A DNA stretch of 64,000 nt. It comes from Adineta vaga (taxonomy: Eukaryota > Animalia > Rotifera). The notes beneath the pieces were generated by a model, which was not told the origin of the DNA, ran no database searches, and was given only the letters and a program-made list of their open reading frames with translations. Shown here piece after piece: positions 13,401-26,158 of the stretch (the first letter of the stretch is position 1; each line of letters begins with the position of its first letter). The position numbers were made by a program, and so were the translations under genes. The stretch is taken from the NCBI GenBank assembly GCA_021613535.1, contig CP075493.1, positions 124,001 through 188,000 on the forward strand, given 5' to 3'.

Positions 13401-16400
13401 TAAGCGAAAATATGATCCGTTCTCAGAACGGGGAACGCCACTTGCATTCTCCGTTCCCTTTTCCCCGTTCTTAGAACGGGAATGCCGACTCCGTTCAGTG
13501 ATTGGACGAATACAAGTACAAATACTTGGTACTTAGCTAACTGTACTATGGACTTGTACTCAGTACTTTAGTACAATGTACTAACGAGGGGAGATTCCCA
13601 ACTGTGCAATCGATTTTGAGTTGATATTTTGGCTATAGGCTGCGAGGTGGGGATCACAAGTCCAGAATAATTCTAAAGAGAACTGGGCCGCTAGACCTTT
13701 GGGGTCGAGTTATGGGATTTTTAGGAACTTTTTGACTATTTATTCAATATCGATGAAAAAGTAGTGTCCTGCGGGAACGAACATTTTCCCTAATTTTCCC
13801 ATTCCCATTTAGATTTAGAGAATGGGAACTAGGGAATGGGAATGATGATTTATATTTAGGGAATGGGAAGGAATCAGAAAAATAAACGTTCCCTAAATTC
13901 TTTCCATCTGATATATGTTTATTTTTTTTTGATAATTTTCCTTATTCACATATAATTAACAAAAATGCGTAAGAGCAAAACTAGACTATTGCTTTATTAT
14001 TAATAATGTCGTAATTCAATCATTGATCACATAACTTTCTTCCTCATAATTGCCATCTAAATTATCATCATCAAGATTATATTGTAATTCAAGATCCGCA
14101 TCATCTTCTTGTGACATTCGATTAATCCCATGTTCCAATGACACATCATCAATATAATCTTCTTCAGCTGCATCCATATCATCATATTCTTGTGATAAAT
14201 CAATAGCAACATGTTTATCTATTGAATATTTTCTTTTTTTCATCGGTGTAGCTGATGTACTACTATTTGTTCTCTTTTTCACTTGTTCAATAGATGGTGG
14301 AAATAATTCTCTTAATAATGATATATTTCGACGAATGAATAATAATTGGTTTACTTTAGTTGTTTGTAAACGTGTACGACGATTTGTAATGGTATTTCCA
14401 CTATCTGAAAAAAGCCTTTCGATTGACGTGTTTGTTGCTGGTATTGATAAAACACGCTTTGCTATTTGATATAAACTTGGATATAATAATTTGTTATCAT
14501 TCCAATAAATTAAAACATTTATATTTTTAGGAATTTTTGTTTTATCTTTTAAATATCTGTCAAGTTCTGAGGATTCTGGTTCATCTGATAATTCATCAGA
14601 TGAAGTAGGCAAATCAAAGATATCATCTAATGATGATAATAATTTTGAATTTTTCTGATGGTGGATCGGTTTTCTTTTGTTGTTGTCATTTGATGATGGT
14701 GGTGGAGGATGAGAATCTTGATATTTTTCAAATTCTAATTGTAATAATGTTTCTGCATGATATCGTTGTTGTGGTGTATGATTAAAGCTTTTAAGATTTG
14801 GATGCAACATTGTTGCAATATAATGAATATCTTGAACAATCCAATAGTCAGGTAATTCTTTAGCAATATATTTCTTCAAAGGTATCAATAATTCATTTTC
14901 ATTATCACCAACCGCAGAAAGATTAATCAAACATTGTTTATAAGGAACAACGAGATGTATTGTTGGTTCTTTTTCACTGCTGAGTTTTTCAACAACCTTG
15001 TAAAACTCTTTTAAATATTCGCATAATGATTCTAGACCATCACGATCTACTTTCAAATAATTCTTCTTTTGTTCATCATTGAGAATAGGCGGTAAATCAT
15101 AATAAACTTTTAAGAAAGAATTAAACATCAAATATGTTCCATTAAAACGTGTGTCAGAATAATTAACTGGACATATTGGTAAAAGAGATTGTTTATGAGA
15201 TTGACGAATGTGACTGATAATTGCTCGAACTAATTTAAATACCAATTGAGTACGATCACATTTTGTATTATTGTTAAGAAATGCATGTTGAAGGATTTTA
15301 TTCAAATAATGTGCACTACAACCAACACGTATACAATCGTCTTTGAAAGCACATTTCATTTTATTTTCATTGTCCGATACAACAAAAACTTTCTCATTCA
15401 GAAAAAGACCATATTCTTCTAAGATTTTATTAACAAATGAACGTAAATTAATTGAATGTTGAGTTTCAAAGTCATATGCTTGACATGCTAATGTAAAGAC
15501 ACGAAGTTGAGATTGCTCATCAACATAATGAAGACTGACACCACCATAATGAACACCTTCAACATAAAAAACAAATAAGATAGATGAATTGTCATCTCAA
15601 TAAGAAAAATAGATTTACCAGTTAGTTTTGCTGTCCAGAAGTCCGTAGTAACACTAAAGCTTTTCAAAGATACACATAGAGAGATCAATTGCTTTTTCAA
15701 GTTTAAATAAGTATGTTCGACACTATGACTAATCTATAAAAATGAATTAATATATTAATGAAATCCTATATAGAATATAAGATAAGTACTCACAGTAGTT
15801 GGATTAGGTAATAACTTGTTGATATTGACAGATGTGCCTAAAGTTGCTCCAGCATAGACTAATTGTTTAGCTAAATTTCTAAATCCAACACCACGTATGC
15901 TTTCGAAAGAACGTCAATCAATTGCACAATTGTAAGGACAAACTGGTTGAGTAGCGAACCGTTGCTCACGGTGTAGATGTTTATTGAGCTACTTCACATA
16001 CCCAGAGTGTAACCACTCTACAATACAATGCACGCTTATAGAGAGAGAGGAAGAGAGAAAAGAACAAGAGGATACGCATGATTGGGAGAGATGATCATAT
16101 ATTGATATCACCACATGGGGTGATATCTTTATCGTTACAACAATATTCAACACACGCTTCAGTAATACGTTTTTGAATCAATGGACATTCTTTTAATGTT
16201 GAAGGTTGTGTACAATAAGAAGAAATAGATCGTTATCGAGTTGGAGTTGTTGTTGTCGATGAGGGTGATGATAACAATTTACTTTTTGAACAGTTATGAT
16301 GAGTCATTACTCGTGTACCATGATCTTTTAACCACTTTAATAGACATTTACATTGTAAACACACAATATAATCTTGTGGAATATTAGAAAAAAACTTGAG

Positions 16401-19400
16401 AATAGTTTGTCCAACATTCACTTCGTTTATTTATTGGCTTTTTAAATGAAATCAAATGATCATCAGATGTTACCAAGGATTGTAGATCAGTTTTTGACAA
16501 TACCGATATCGATTTTTCAGAATTACTTGTAGACATTGTTCAGGATAAATAGACTGAAGAAGAACGAATTTTGTTTATGTTAAGAGAATAAATGTTAGTA
16601 GAACGTACAATTTACTTTTTCTCCAATCACAACATAGTTATAATTTATTTAACAACACGTCGCATTCTCATAGAACGTGATGCCGCTAGAATATGATACA
16701 TATATACGTCATTGATATTTTTTCAAGGATAAATAGCGGTATCTATTACTTAGGGAAAAATGGGAATGCGAATGAGAAACGAAAAAAAATTAGGGAATGG
16801 GAAACAAAAATAAATTTTTAGGAAAAGGGAATAGGGAATGGGAATGAAAAAAAGTTGTTCCCGCAGGACACTATGAAAAAGTCAAATAACGGAGTTTTGA
16901 TCTGAAGTTTTGTCCTTAGATGGGTCTATTCATCATCAAAATATTCTGAAAGCTTCAGCTAAAAAAATGATTTTTGTCGAGGTACTGTATTACTAAAACA
17001 TAATCGCTTATCGCCGACTAGTCGCAAAATTCCAGTTTACTTGAAAACTCAATACCTCGACAGAGGAGCATTTCTTGGCAGAAACTTTCAGAATATTTTG
17101 ATGATGAATAGACCCATCTAAGGACAAAACTTCAGATCAAAACTCCGTTATTTGACTTTTTCATCGATATTGAATAAATAGTTAAAGAGTTCCTAAAAAT
17201 CTCATAACTCGACCCCAAAGGTCTAGCGGCCCAATTCTTTTTAGAATTTTTCTGGACTTGTGATCCCCACCTCGCAGCCTATAGCCAAAATATCAACTCA
17301 AAATCGATTGCACAGTTGGGAATCTTCCCTCGTTAGTACATGTACTATAGTGCAATATGCAGGACAACATGGTATCTACTATATGTACTTGTACTGCATA
17401 AATGTACTACGTACTGAGGTTTGTTGAGTACAAAGTACGAAAAGTACTAAGTCCTGTGCTAAGTGTCCAATAATTGACTCCGTTCCCATTCTTCAGAACG
17501 AAACGCAAAAGTGGCTCCTGTTTATCAGTCTTCTCCGTCTATGTAAGAGAAAATTATTGGATATTCGTTAAATAATACTAATCGTTTCTCACAGTCTAAA
17601 GACATTTCAACGTTTGTTTAGTTACTCTTTCATTTTTAAGTCCCCATGAATTATGCTTTTCTCCATTAGTTTTAAATTTATTCTAACATCTACAATATAC
17701 CTAGTCTACGAGTTGAACTTTACAGGCTGCAGGTATTACTTCTATTATCAAAGCTATCATGATGTTACAGCATGATATCATTCCGCCACATATTGGTATC
17801 AAAAAGCGTATAAATTCAAAATTTCCTCCATTGGATACTTCAAATATTTATATTGCCAAATGTCCTATGGAGTTCAAACGTCGTGCGAACAAGCAGAAAC
17901 GAACCATCGTTGTCAATAACTTTGATGCCGCTGTTAGTATTTTTCCTAACGCTTATTGCTTATTTTAAATATTTTTATTAACAGGGCGGAAACACTGCAA
18001 TACTTATTGAAGATGCGCCAGTTTTTTCTACGAAAGGAACCGATCCTCGAACTGTTCACGTGGTTACTGTTTCGGCAAAAACACCGTTTTCCTTCAGAGA
18101 AAATGCCAAACGTCTTCTAGCATATATTACGAAACATCCCGAGTCATCCATTGGGGATATTTCCTACACCACTACTGCTCGTAGAATGCACCACATGTTT
18201 CGTGCAGCGTTTGCAGTCAGTACTACTGCTGAGCTACAAGCTTCTTTAAAAGATTTAGTCACCTCAACTGATGCACCAATCAGGACTTCATCAGTGGATG
18301 TAGTATTCGTCTTCGCTGGCCAAGGCAGTCATTATTTTAAAATGGGCAAAGAACTGTTTGACAACTGCTCTACCTTTCGTAGAGATATTCTAGATTATGA
18401 CAATATTTGTCAGACACAGAATCTTCCTAGTTTCAAAGCTTTGATCGATGGTACAGCAGAAAGCCTCGAAACATTGTCTCATATTCAAATTCAATTGGCA
18501 CTCATTGCTCTTGAGCTCGCATTGGCAAATCTATGGTTATATTTTGGTATTAAGCCTGCTCTTGTCATTGGTCATAGTCTTGGAGAATATGCTGCATTAT
18601 GTGTTGCTGGCGTCTTATCTGTCAATGATTTATTTTATCTTGTTGGAAAGAGAGCATCTTTGATAACTAATTTGTGCAGTCAAGATACACATGCTATGCT
18701 TACTGTTATGCTCGATGCAGTAACGGTTAAAAAAGACCTGTTACAGAATAATACTTCTTGTGAAATTGTCTGTTTCAATAGTCTACAGTCTACTACGATT
18801 GGTGGAGGCACTTCCGAAATCTCCTTTTTGAAGACATTTTACGAGTCAAACGGTGTCAAAGCAACAAAATTGGAAACATCTTTTGCTTTCCATTCGTCAC
18901 AAATAGATTCAATTTTAGTAGATTTTCGAATCGTTGCAAAGGGTGTGTCGTTTTCTAAACCCATTATTCCTGTTGCATCCACTCTGCTCGGAAGTATCGT
19001 GCAGCAGGAAGGTGTCTTCACAGCAGAATATCTTTGTCGTCATGCTCGCGATCCTGTGAAATTTTCCGATACACTCGAAACGTGCAAGACAACTGGTATA
19101 GCGGATGAGCAAACTCTCTGGCTAGAAATTGGTCCGAGCGCTGTTTGTTTAAGTATGATAAAATCGGTTCTAAATGTATCAGAGCCTTTTATTGTACGAA
19201 CTCTGAAAAAGGAGGAATCAAATTTGGTCTCGATTGCTAAGAGCATTGCTAAAATTTACGTAAGTGGTGTTGACGTTAACTGGACGGCATATCACCAGGA
19301 ATATGAATTAAGCCATCAACTAATGATGTTACCGACGTATGCTTTTGATTTACAAAACTATTGGATTCAATATGAAGGAAATTGGTGTCTTCAGAAGAAT

Positions 19401-22056
19401 ATGACTCCTAATGTTCAACTTATTGAGAAATCAACAGTATCTTTTTTCGGCACGACCACTCTGCAGCAAATCCAGAATGAAGACTTTGACTCGAGTGACA
19501 TCAGCGTGACTTTTGTCTCGGATATTGCTGATTCCAAACTTCGAAATGTTATTCAAGGACATTTAGTGAATAAAGTCGCAGTATGTCCGGGTTCTGTTTA
19601 TTCGGATATGGCCTTGACTGCAGCAAAGTATATTCATAACCGTCGCAAGCGATCAAACTCGCCTATTTCAATGGATATTGTGAATATGAAAATAATACAG
19701 CCTTTAATTCTGACGGGCAATTTTGAAAAACAATATATCTATGTTTTGGCTACATGCAGGGCAAATTCGGATATTGTCGAGTTAATATTTGCATCGGAAG
19801 AGGTAGAAAATGTTGGAAAGAATTTAATTTGATTTTTTTCCTTGACTATTGAAATGTGATACTGATATTTATTTTAGGGATCCATAAGGAAACAGCATGG
19901 TAGTTGTGTTGTTCAATATGGTGATGGCGTAGAATGGATGACTGAATGGGCTAGACAAGCTTATCTCATACAAACTCGTATGAACTGCCTCGTTGAAGCA
20001 GCTGAACATGGCAAGGCACATCAATTACTTCGAGGTATTGTCTACAAGCTTTTTTCTGTTTTTGTTCAATATTCTGAGAAGTATCGTGGAATGGAAGAGG
20101 TATGGATGGATTGCAATATGCTTGAAGCCACGTCAAATATTAAATTTCAAACTACACCAGAAGATGGTTCATTCGAATATAGTCCTTACTGGCTCGACAG
20201 TCTCTATCATTTGTCTGGTTTTGTGCTGCATGGTACAGATACTATGAATGATGATTTCGTCTATATTGCAGATAGTTGGAAAGGCATGCGTATTGTCGGT
20301 CAACTTTCGACCAATAAAACGTATAAGAATTATGTCCGCATGCAACCGATTGACAACGGTCAAAAGATGATTGGCGATGTTTATGTATTTGAAGAAAATA
20401 GAATCATTGCAGTTTGTACTGGTATTCAGTTTCAACAGATACGTCGATGTGTTTTGGAGCATATCTTATCATTGAATGCTGACAAAATTGTAGTGCAAAA
20501 AACACAGGTAGTTTCGGAGAACAAAGGTTCTTGTTTACCTGATGTTAGTATTCCATTGGCAGCTAGCTCTAACACATTTCTCTTCGATGAAATTTTGGAG
20601 ATGATTGCAAACGAAGTCGGAGTAAAAAAATCAAAACTTGATGATAGTACAAACTTGATCGATATTGGAGTTGATTCGTTGCTCACCATTTCAATCTTAA
20701 CACGGCTTCATCAATTAACAGGTCTTGATATTCCAAGTTCACTGCTCTACACTCATTCTTCCATTGGAGATCTTAAGAAGTTGGTTGGTGTCGATCAATC
20801 AAAAGAAATTGGAAATTCAAACAGACATAACGAGTCATCCAAACCTGCATACTTGTTATCTTCTACTACATTAAAAAGTACTTCAGACATCTTGGACCAT
20901 CGTTCAAGTGACGAAGTAGTTAGTGTTATACGTTCTATCATTGCTTGTGAGATAGGTTGTCGTGAAGACAAAATTCTTCCATCGACTGTGCTGGCTGACT
21001 TAGAAATTGATAACCAAACGCGCTCATCCATCAGAGGTATCATTCAAGCAAAATTTGGAGTGAATTTATCAGAGAGTTTCTTCCAGAATCGAATTACCTT
21101 TCTGGAAATCGTTAATCAGCTAGGATTTACTTTTGAAGGATGCACGCTAGGATTAATACAGGGTCTCAATGAGCGAATCACTGTTTTGACAAAGCAAAGC
21201 ACATCTGTTCTCCTTCACCGTACATCAACCAGCCGATCGCCATTGTTCTTATTTCCAGAAGGGTCCGGGTCAGCTAGTTCCTACATGTCACTGCCTTTAT
21301 TTGACAATAATATGACCGTTTATGCACTCAATAGCCCGTTCCTTGATTGTCCATGTGAATTCACCTGCACAATGGAAGAAGTTGCTGCGATATATCTAGC
21401 TGAAATTCGAAAGAGACAACCTTTAGGGCCATATATATTGGGTGGATGGTCTTCTGGAGGTATAGTGGCCTACGAAGCTGCAACTCAATTAATTGCTTAT
21501 GGAGAGAAAGTATTGGGATTGATTCTTATAGATTCTCCATGTCCTTTAACATTTCCACCGTTATCGGTCGAATCTATCGATATTTTCGAATCTATCGGCA
21601 TTGCCGACAACATTTGCAAAGGTGCTGGCAAGATTCCAAAATCATTGAAGCAGCATTTTATTGCAACGCTCAAAACTTTGGAAAACTACACGCCTAAGTC
21701 AATGGATTCAGCAAGAGCACCTAAAAGCTTCATCGTCTGGGCGAACGAAGGTATTTTAGAGTCTACCAAATATGATCATATCGAAATTCTCAGAGATGTG
21801 AGTTTTAATAAGACAATGGTTTGGCTACTAGACCAAAAGAAAGATTACAATCCTAAAGGTTGGGAAGAATTGATTTCTAGTGTTGAATGCGTAGTCATTC
21901 CTGGAAATCATTTTACAATCATGAAACACCCTCAGGTTAGCAATCATGTTTTGTATAAATACTATACATTAATGTATTCTTTTATCTAAATTACTTTAGG
22001 TCACCGCTTTGATGAAAGAAATTGAGAAGGCTGTGGCAAAATTCACCAAGATTTGA
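10498..22056 (+). CDS. Fungal-type iterative non-reducing polyketide synthase, SAT-KS-MAT-PT-ACP-ACP(degenerate)-TE; 8 exons, 2093 aa
   Basis: Exons 10498-10778, 10851-11139, 11239-11862, 11923-12870, 17726-17932, 17985-19802, 19878-21935, 22000-22056. All introns are GT..AG and the joined 6282 nt read without a stop. Motifs: SAT GLCTG and ISGPPS; KS DTACSS, EMHGTGT, KANVGHSES|AAG, NNFDAA|GGNT; MAT GHSLGEY and FAFHS; PT dyad GHLVN..CPGS and WLDSLYHLSGF; ACP GVDSL; TE GWSSGG, LIDSP, GNHF. AATAAA at 22133. Confidence 0.95.
14016..16540 (-). pseudogene. hAT transposase (BED zinc finger, DDE core, hATC dimerization domain), disrupted
   Basis: CLQCK..HHNC BED finger, SVTTDFWT, VSDNENKM, CSAHYLN, DTRFN, PATNTSIERLFS. 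N-terminal exons are broken by a solo LTR, a stop and frameshifts. Confidence 0.88.
15931..16139 (-). mobile_element. Solo LTR
   Basis: TGTAAGGA...TCGTTACA termini, 5-bp TSD acaat on both sides, TATAA and AATAAA on the minus strand; 209 bp. Confidence 0.8.
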
Positions 22057-22635
22057 TAAGTTGGGAGCATCTCTCGTTTATGAACATGAACAGAATACAG
22101 TATAACAGTGATAAAGTTGTTCTCAGTTGCTGAATAAATATAAAATTGATGAACATATAGACCTTATTCAAGACATGAAATTTGTGGAACGGATTCTAAA
22201 AAAATTTGATCATGGGTGGGGATGGCATTTTAACTAGAGGGGAAAAATGATTGCAGTCAAAACAATCTCTAATAATCAAAAAGGAATAGAATCCATCGAG
22301 TCCAAGAATTTTTAAAACAGGACTCCAATTTTAAGTAAAAACATGATATTATCACCTTTTTGTGTAGCCCCCACAGAATAAAAGCCCAGCCTGACTGAGC
22401 TCAGTAAAATATAGACAATGCACTGAATTGGGTAAATCAAATATTTATTCTCTCATTTTCTCATAGTTGCGGAGGTTGATATGGCTGCTTTATCCAGTGT
22501 AATAGATAATTTTCTACCGGCAGACATGCGTATTTTTCTCATCAACTGAGACTTTCACTCATAAAAGTTGTAAAATAAGGACGAGGGTGGGTAAGGTCGT
22601 TTTTCGGCCCACGTTTGAATCAATTTATTTATATC

Positions 22636-22735
22636 TTGAGGGTGTGGGTGTGGGTGGGTGGGTGTGTTAGATAGATGTAATACTCGCACTCTCACCCGCA
22701 CCCACACTGACACCGACACCGACACCCACACCCAG
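22636..22735. repeat. Inverted telomere-like repeat cassette
   Basis: atcttgagggtgtgggtgtggg, then a spacer, then cacccacac...cacccacaccc. Confidence 0.7.
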
Positions 22736-22871
22736 CATAAGAGCTACTTTGTAGGCATGCAACGGTGATGGTGAACCACCAGTTTCACCGGCCACTGGTC
22801 CACCGATTCATCAGATTATTTATGCCATATTATCAGTCGGTAACCAATGCTTTGAATCCTACATTTAATAT

Positions 22872-23802
22872 GGGAACTCGGAATTTCGGTCCAGGGACGA
22901 AAAATCAACGGAATTTCGGTCCAATTCTTAATTAAATTAGATTTAATTAATTATCAATTAGTAACTTCATAGTGCTGAGCAACATCAATTTCAAAATTCA
23001 TAGTGCTAAGCAAGTTGACATAGTGCCGAGCAATATGAATATCAAGAGAATCATCTTGCTAAGCAGTATGATACAAAGTTCTTCAAGAATTGGAAGTTTT
23101 ACTGATATAATTATTATTAGAAATGCTTGAGTAATTTTAAAATTCTTTCGTATTTATACTGGATAAATCGATGAAAAAATGATATAAAGCTTAATAAAAC
23201 GAATGCATTTTTATCATACACAAGTATTGTTCGTTGTGGGTTTTGTTTTCTTGAATAAAATATATGTACATATGGTTTAATTGTTTGATAGAGAAACTAC
23301 TTTGTGGAATTAAGTAAATAAATGTCAATTTTAGCATAGATGATTATCTATATCTTTCTACGATATTGTTGAAACCTAGTAACTGAAAAGGAAGGTATGC
23401 TCGGCACTATGTCAACTTGCTTAGCAGTATGAATTTTGAAATTGATGTTGCTCAGCTCTATGAATTTTGAAATTGATGTTGCTCAGCTCTATGAATTTTG
23501 AAATTGATGTTGCTCAGCTCTATGAATTTTGAAATTGATGTTGCTCAGCTCTATGAATTTTGAAATTGATGTTGCTCAGCTCTATGAATTTTGAAATTGA
23601 TGTTGCTCAGCTCTATGAATTTTGAAATTGATGTTGCTCAGCACTATGAAGTTACTAATTGATAATTAATTAAATCTAATTTAATTAAGAATTGGACCGA
23701 AATTCCGTTGATTTTTCGTCCCTGGTCCGAAATGTCACCGGAATTTCGGACTGGGCCGAAAGTTTGGGACGAAAAATTTCTGGACCGAAATTCATGTAAC
23801 CC
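22872..23802. mobile_element. TIR element (GGG..CCC ends, Merlin/MULE-like) containing a minisatellite
   Basis: 8-bp TSD tttaatat; long inverted arms (22890..23030 mirror ~23400..23730). Confidence 0.75.
23428..23644. repeat. 31-bp minisatellite, 7 copies
   Basis: Unit tatgaattttgaaattgatgttgctcagctc repeated head to tail with no spacers. Confidence 0.95.
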
Positions 23803-24883
23803 TTTAATATGGACTGGAGTGTCTAACAAAATCTTGTTTATCCGAAGACATGGGCATATTAAAAGACCCCTCATATTGGAAGACCTCCCCATAATAGAAG
23901 ATTATTCTGAATAAATTATGTAAAAGACACATTAGAAGACCCCCATTGTTTTTCCACGCATAGCAATTAATTCTTTACCCCTTCCGTAAATACATTTTCA
24001 AAGTTTTAGCAAAGAATATATTTCTCTTGCCGTTAAAATGGTCGATACTCATAATGTATTTGTCTGTTCTTACTAACGTTTATGGTCCTATACACTTAAA
24101 ATATGGCACTAATGAAATTCATCGCTATCTGCACACAAAAATAGGATTTTTTAGCAACATATTGGAAGACCTCCTTTAGAAGTTAGTGGCAATTTATTGC
24201 CTATAAAATCACCGATCTCACCGGCCTATGGGTCCACTTGTCAATGCAGTGGGCCGGTAAACGGTACACCGTCATCGTTGCATGCCTACTACTTTGTACC
24301 ATAATAGAGAGCTAGCATGATGCGTTTTATTGGCAACTCATTACTTGATCAAACATTGACGAAAAAAAGACGCCCATATATATTGCTCTAATGAAGCGTA
24401 ATCGCAAGCATAAATCAATATAAATAGCCGTACATTCAGGTCTTACTAAGACACTAATATGAATGATAAACAGCAACCAATCCTTTCACCACTAATTGTC
24501 AATGGTGTAGATAAGTTTTTATCGTTTATGTACCATCGCCGAATCGAACCGCGCTATATGGATGTTTGCAGAACTAAACGTTGCTGATCAACTGGCAACT
24601 ATGGGTCCAAGTAATGCTAAAGAGATCTGCATGAAAACAGGTTGGAAGGATATAGACAGACTGCATCGGCTCCTACGTGTCAATGTAGTGGCAGGACTCG
24701 TCGAAATGCAAGATGATAATCGATTTATACTAACTGAGACTGGCCGTCTTCTCACCTCTGATCATCCGTCACATGCTAGATGTTTTGTAATTACAAGTAA
24801 GTCAATATATTATTTAAATTTTCTTTTTTTCTTGATACAAGATACATCCTCGAATAGGTATACAACGGTGAGGATAACCGTAC

Positions 24884-25625
24884 CAGACTTGGAACCAGAC
24901 CGGTCGGTCCGGTCTGACTTCTCAGACCAGCAAAGACCGGTGTAAACCGATTTTATTCAAATTTTCTGATTTTCATGAATTCTAAATAGAATGGTGAAAA
25001 ATATTTTCTAGTTATTGTAAATGTTATGTCAACTAATAGTCTTTTCTGATTGTGCAAATCCACAAATATAATTGGGTGGTTCCACCGTATCTCTGACACT
25101 TTATACACGACTTTCTCCAAATTGATCTTGAAGGCCATATTCATGTAGAACATAGTCGATAACCTATGTTTGGTCACAAAAGTTTCCGTCAATAGTCAAA
25201 CAGTAAAGAGAACAGCTATCATTAATGCTGATGCGAAAATAGCAAAAACATCGAAAAATGACTGAAATCCTTTTTGGATTTTCACGCCAAAATTGATGAC
25301 CCCTGTTCTCTTTACTACTTGACTATTGAGCGGAACTTTTATGACCAGGCATGGGTTATCGACTATGCTCTACACGAATATGGCCTCCAAAATCAATTTG
25401 GAGAAGGTCACTGTAAACATGTCAGCGATACGGTGGAATCACCCAATTATTAAAAGCTGGAATGTGACATTTATCATAGAAACCGATATTTTGGGCTTAT
25501 TTTGAGTACCTAGTTTTTCGAGACTGAGTTTTACTACTAGACCGGCCGTTTTTTGCCGGTATTTATCGGTTTAACCAAGAATCTAGACCAACCGGTCCGG
25601 AAAAGTTAGACCGGTTCCAAGTCTG
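24884..25625. mobile_element. hAT-type MITE nested in 24855..26481, itself holding a palindromic MITE at ~25070..25452
   Basis: TIR cagacttggaacc / ggttccaagtctg; 8-bp TSD aaccgtac. Confidence 0.85.
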
Positions 25626-25820
25626 AACCGTACCACCCGGTGACGGGTTCACCGATAACCGGTTTATTTGTATACTGATTTATATTGGTGGAGCTTTTGC
25701 TCGATAACGAACATACTCATAACTCATCGTACTCGTATCTAGAAGAAATACTTGAAGCACTCTATTTCAGGATCAGATGGAGAACGAACAATGTGGATTT
25801 CCTTTATGGTTTTCTATTAA

Positions 25821-26158
25821 AGGCCCCCCTCAGAAAATATTTTCCATACCCCGGGTCCTTTCGGGCTGAAATTTACACGGAGGAGTGGTCCTGGTGAGAA
25901 AGGCTTCTAGTAAAATTTTCAGTTCTATAGGTCTTACCAGACCGGATTTTGAGCGGTTTTAAGGTAATTTTTGGCCTTCGGAAAAACCAAAATAACTTTT
26001 TTTCTACAATATATATATAGTTCGGAATGGATTCAAATTATAGCCACAAGCAGTGCGCAACTTTTTATCTACCAGAATATGGAAATTCCGTTTTGTTCAA
26101 TTTTTATCACTAAATTACAATTTTTTTCGAAAAAAAATGATTTTTTGAGGGGACCCCC
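25821..26158. mobile_element. TTAA-flanked MITE (Kolobok-like)
   Basis: ttaa|aggcccccctcagaaaa ... ttttttgaggggaccccc|ttaa; imperfect TIR. Confidence 0.5.

Larger units (their letters stand above)
13762..16873 (-). mobile_element. hAT DNA transposon, defective
   Basis: Perfect 17-bp TIR tagtgtcctgcgggaac, 8-bp TSD tgaaaaag, GGGAA subterminal repeats, transposase on the minus strand. Confidence 0.93.
13585..17332. mobile_element. Tc5/pogo-like palindromic MITE
   Basis: Ends cgagggg...ccctcg in ctaa|...|ttag context. Arms 13585..13761 plus 16874..~16955 mirror ~17085..17332. Confidence 0.8.
13496..17476. mobile_element. hAT-type MITE (AGTAC-rich)
   Basis: 8-bp TSD actccgtt (13488..13495, 17477..17484); TIR cagtgattggac / gtccaataattg. 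Confidence 0.8.
13279..17520. mobile_element. GTTCC/GGAAC-rich MITE, outermost layer of the PKS intron-4 nest
   Basis: Left part (agggtgtcagcgttcccc) and right part (gttcccattcttcagaacgaaacgcaaaagt) match another copy at ~28765..29102. Right end degenerate. Confidence 0.55.
22752..24288. mobile_element. hAT-type MITE with nested insertions
   Basis: TIR taggcatgcaacg / cgttgcatgccta; 8-bp TSD ctactttg. Confidence 0.88.

Noticed and set aside
10498-22056. Fungal contaminant contig, or a fragmented PKS pseudogene as the ORF track suggests
   Set aside because: The ORF breaks are canonical introns that restore one frame. Intron and flanks share MITE families, the repeats are TGTGGG rather than TTAGGG, and the neighbouring UGT is animal-type.
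23428-23644. CRISPR-like 31-bp repeats
   Set aside because: Units are contiguous with no spacers, there are no cas genes, and the array lies in a MITE arm in eukaryotic DNA.
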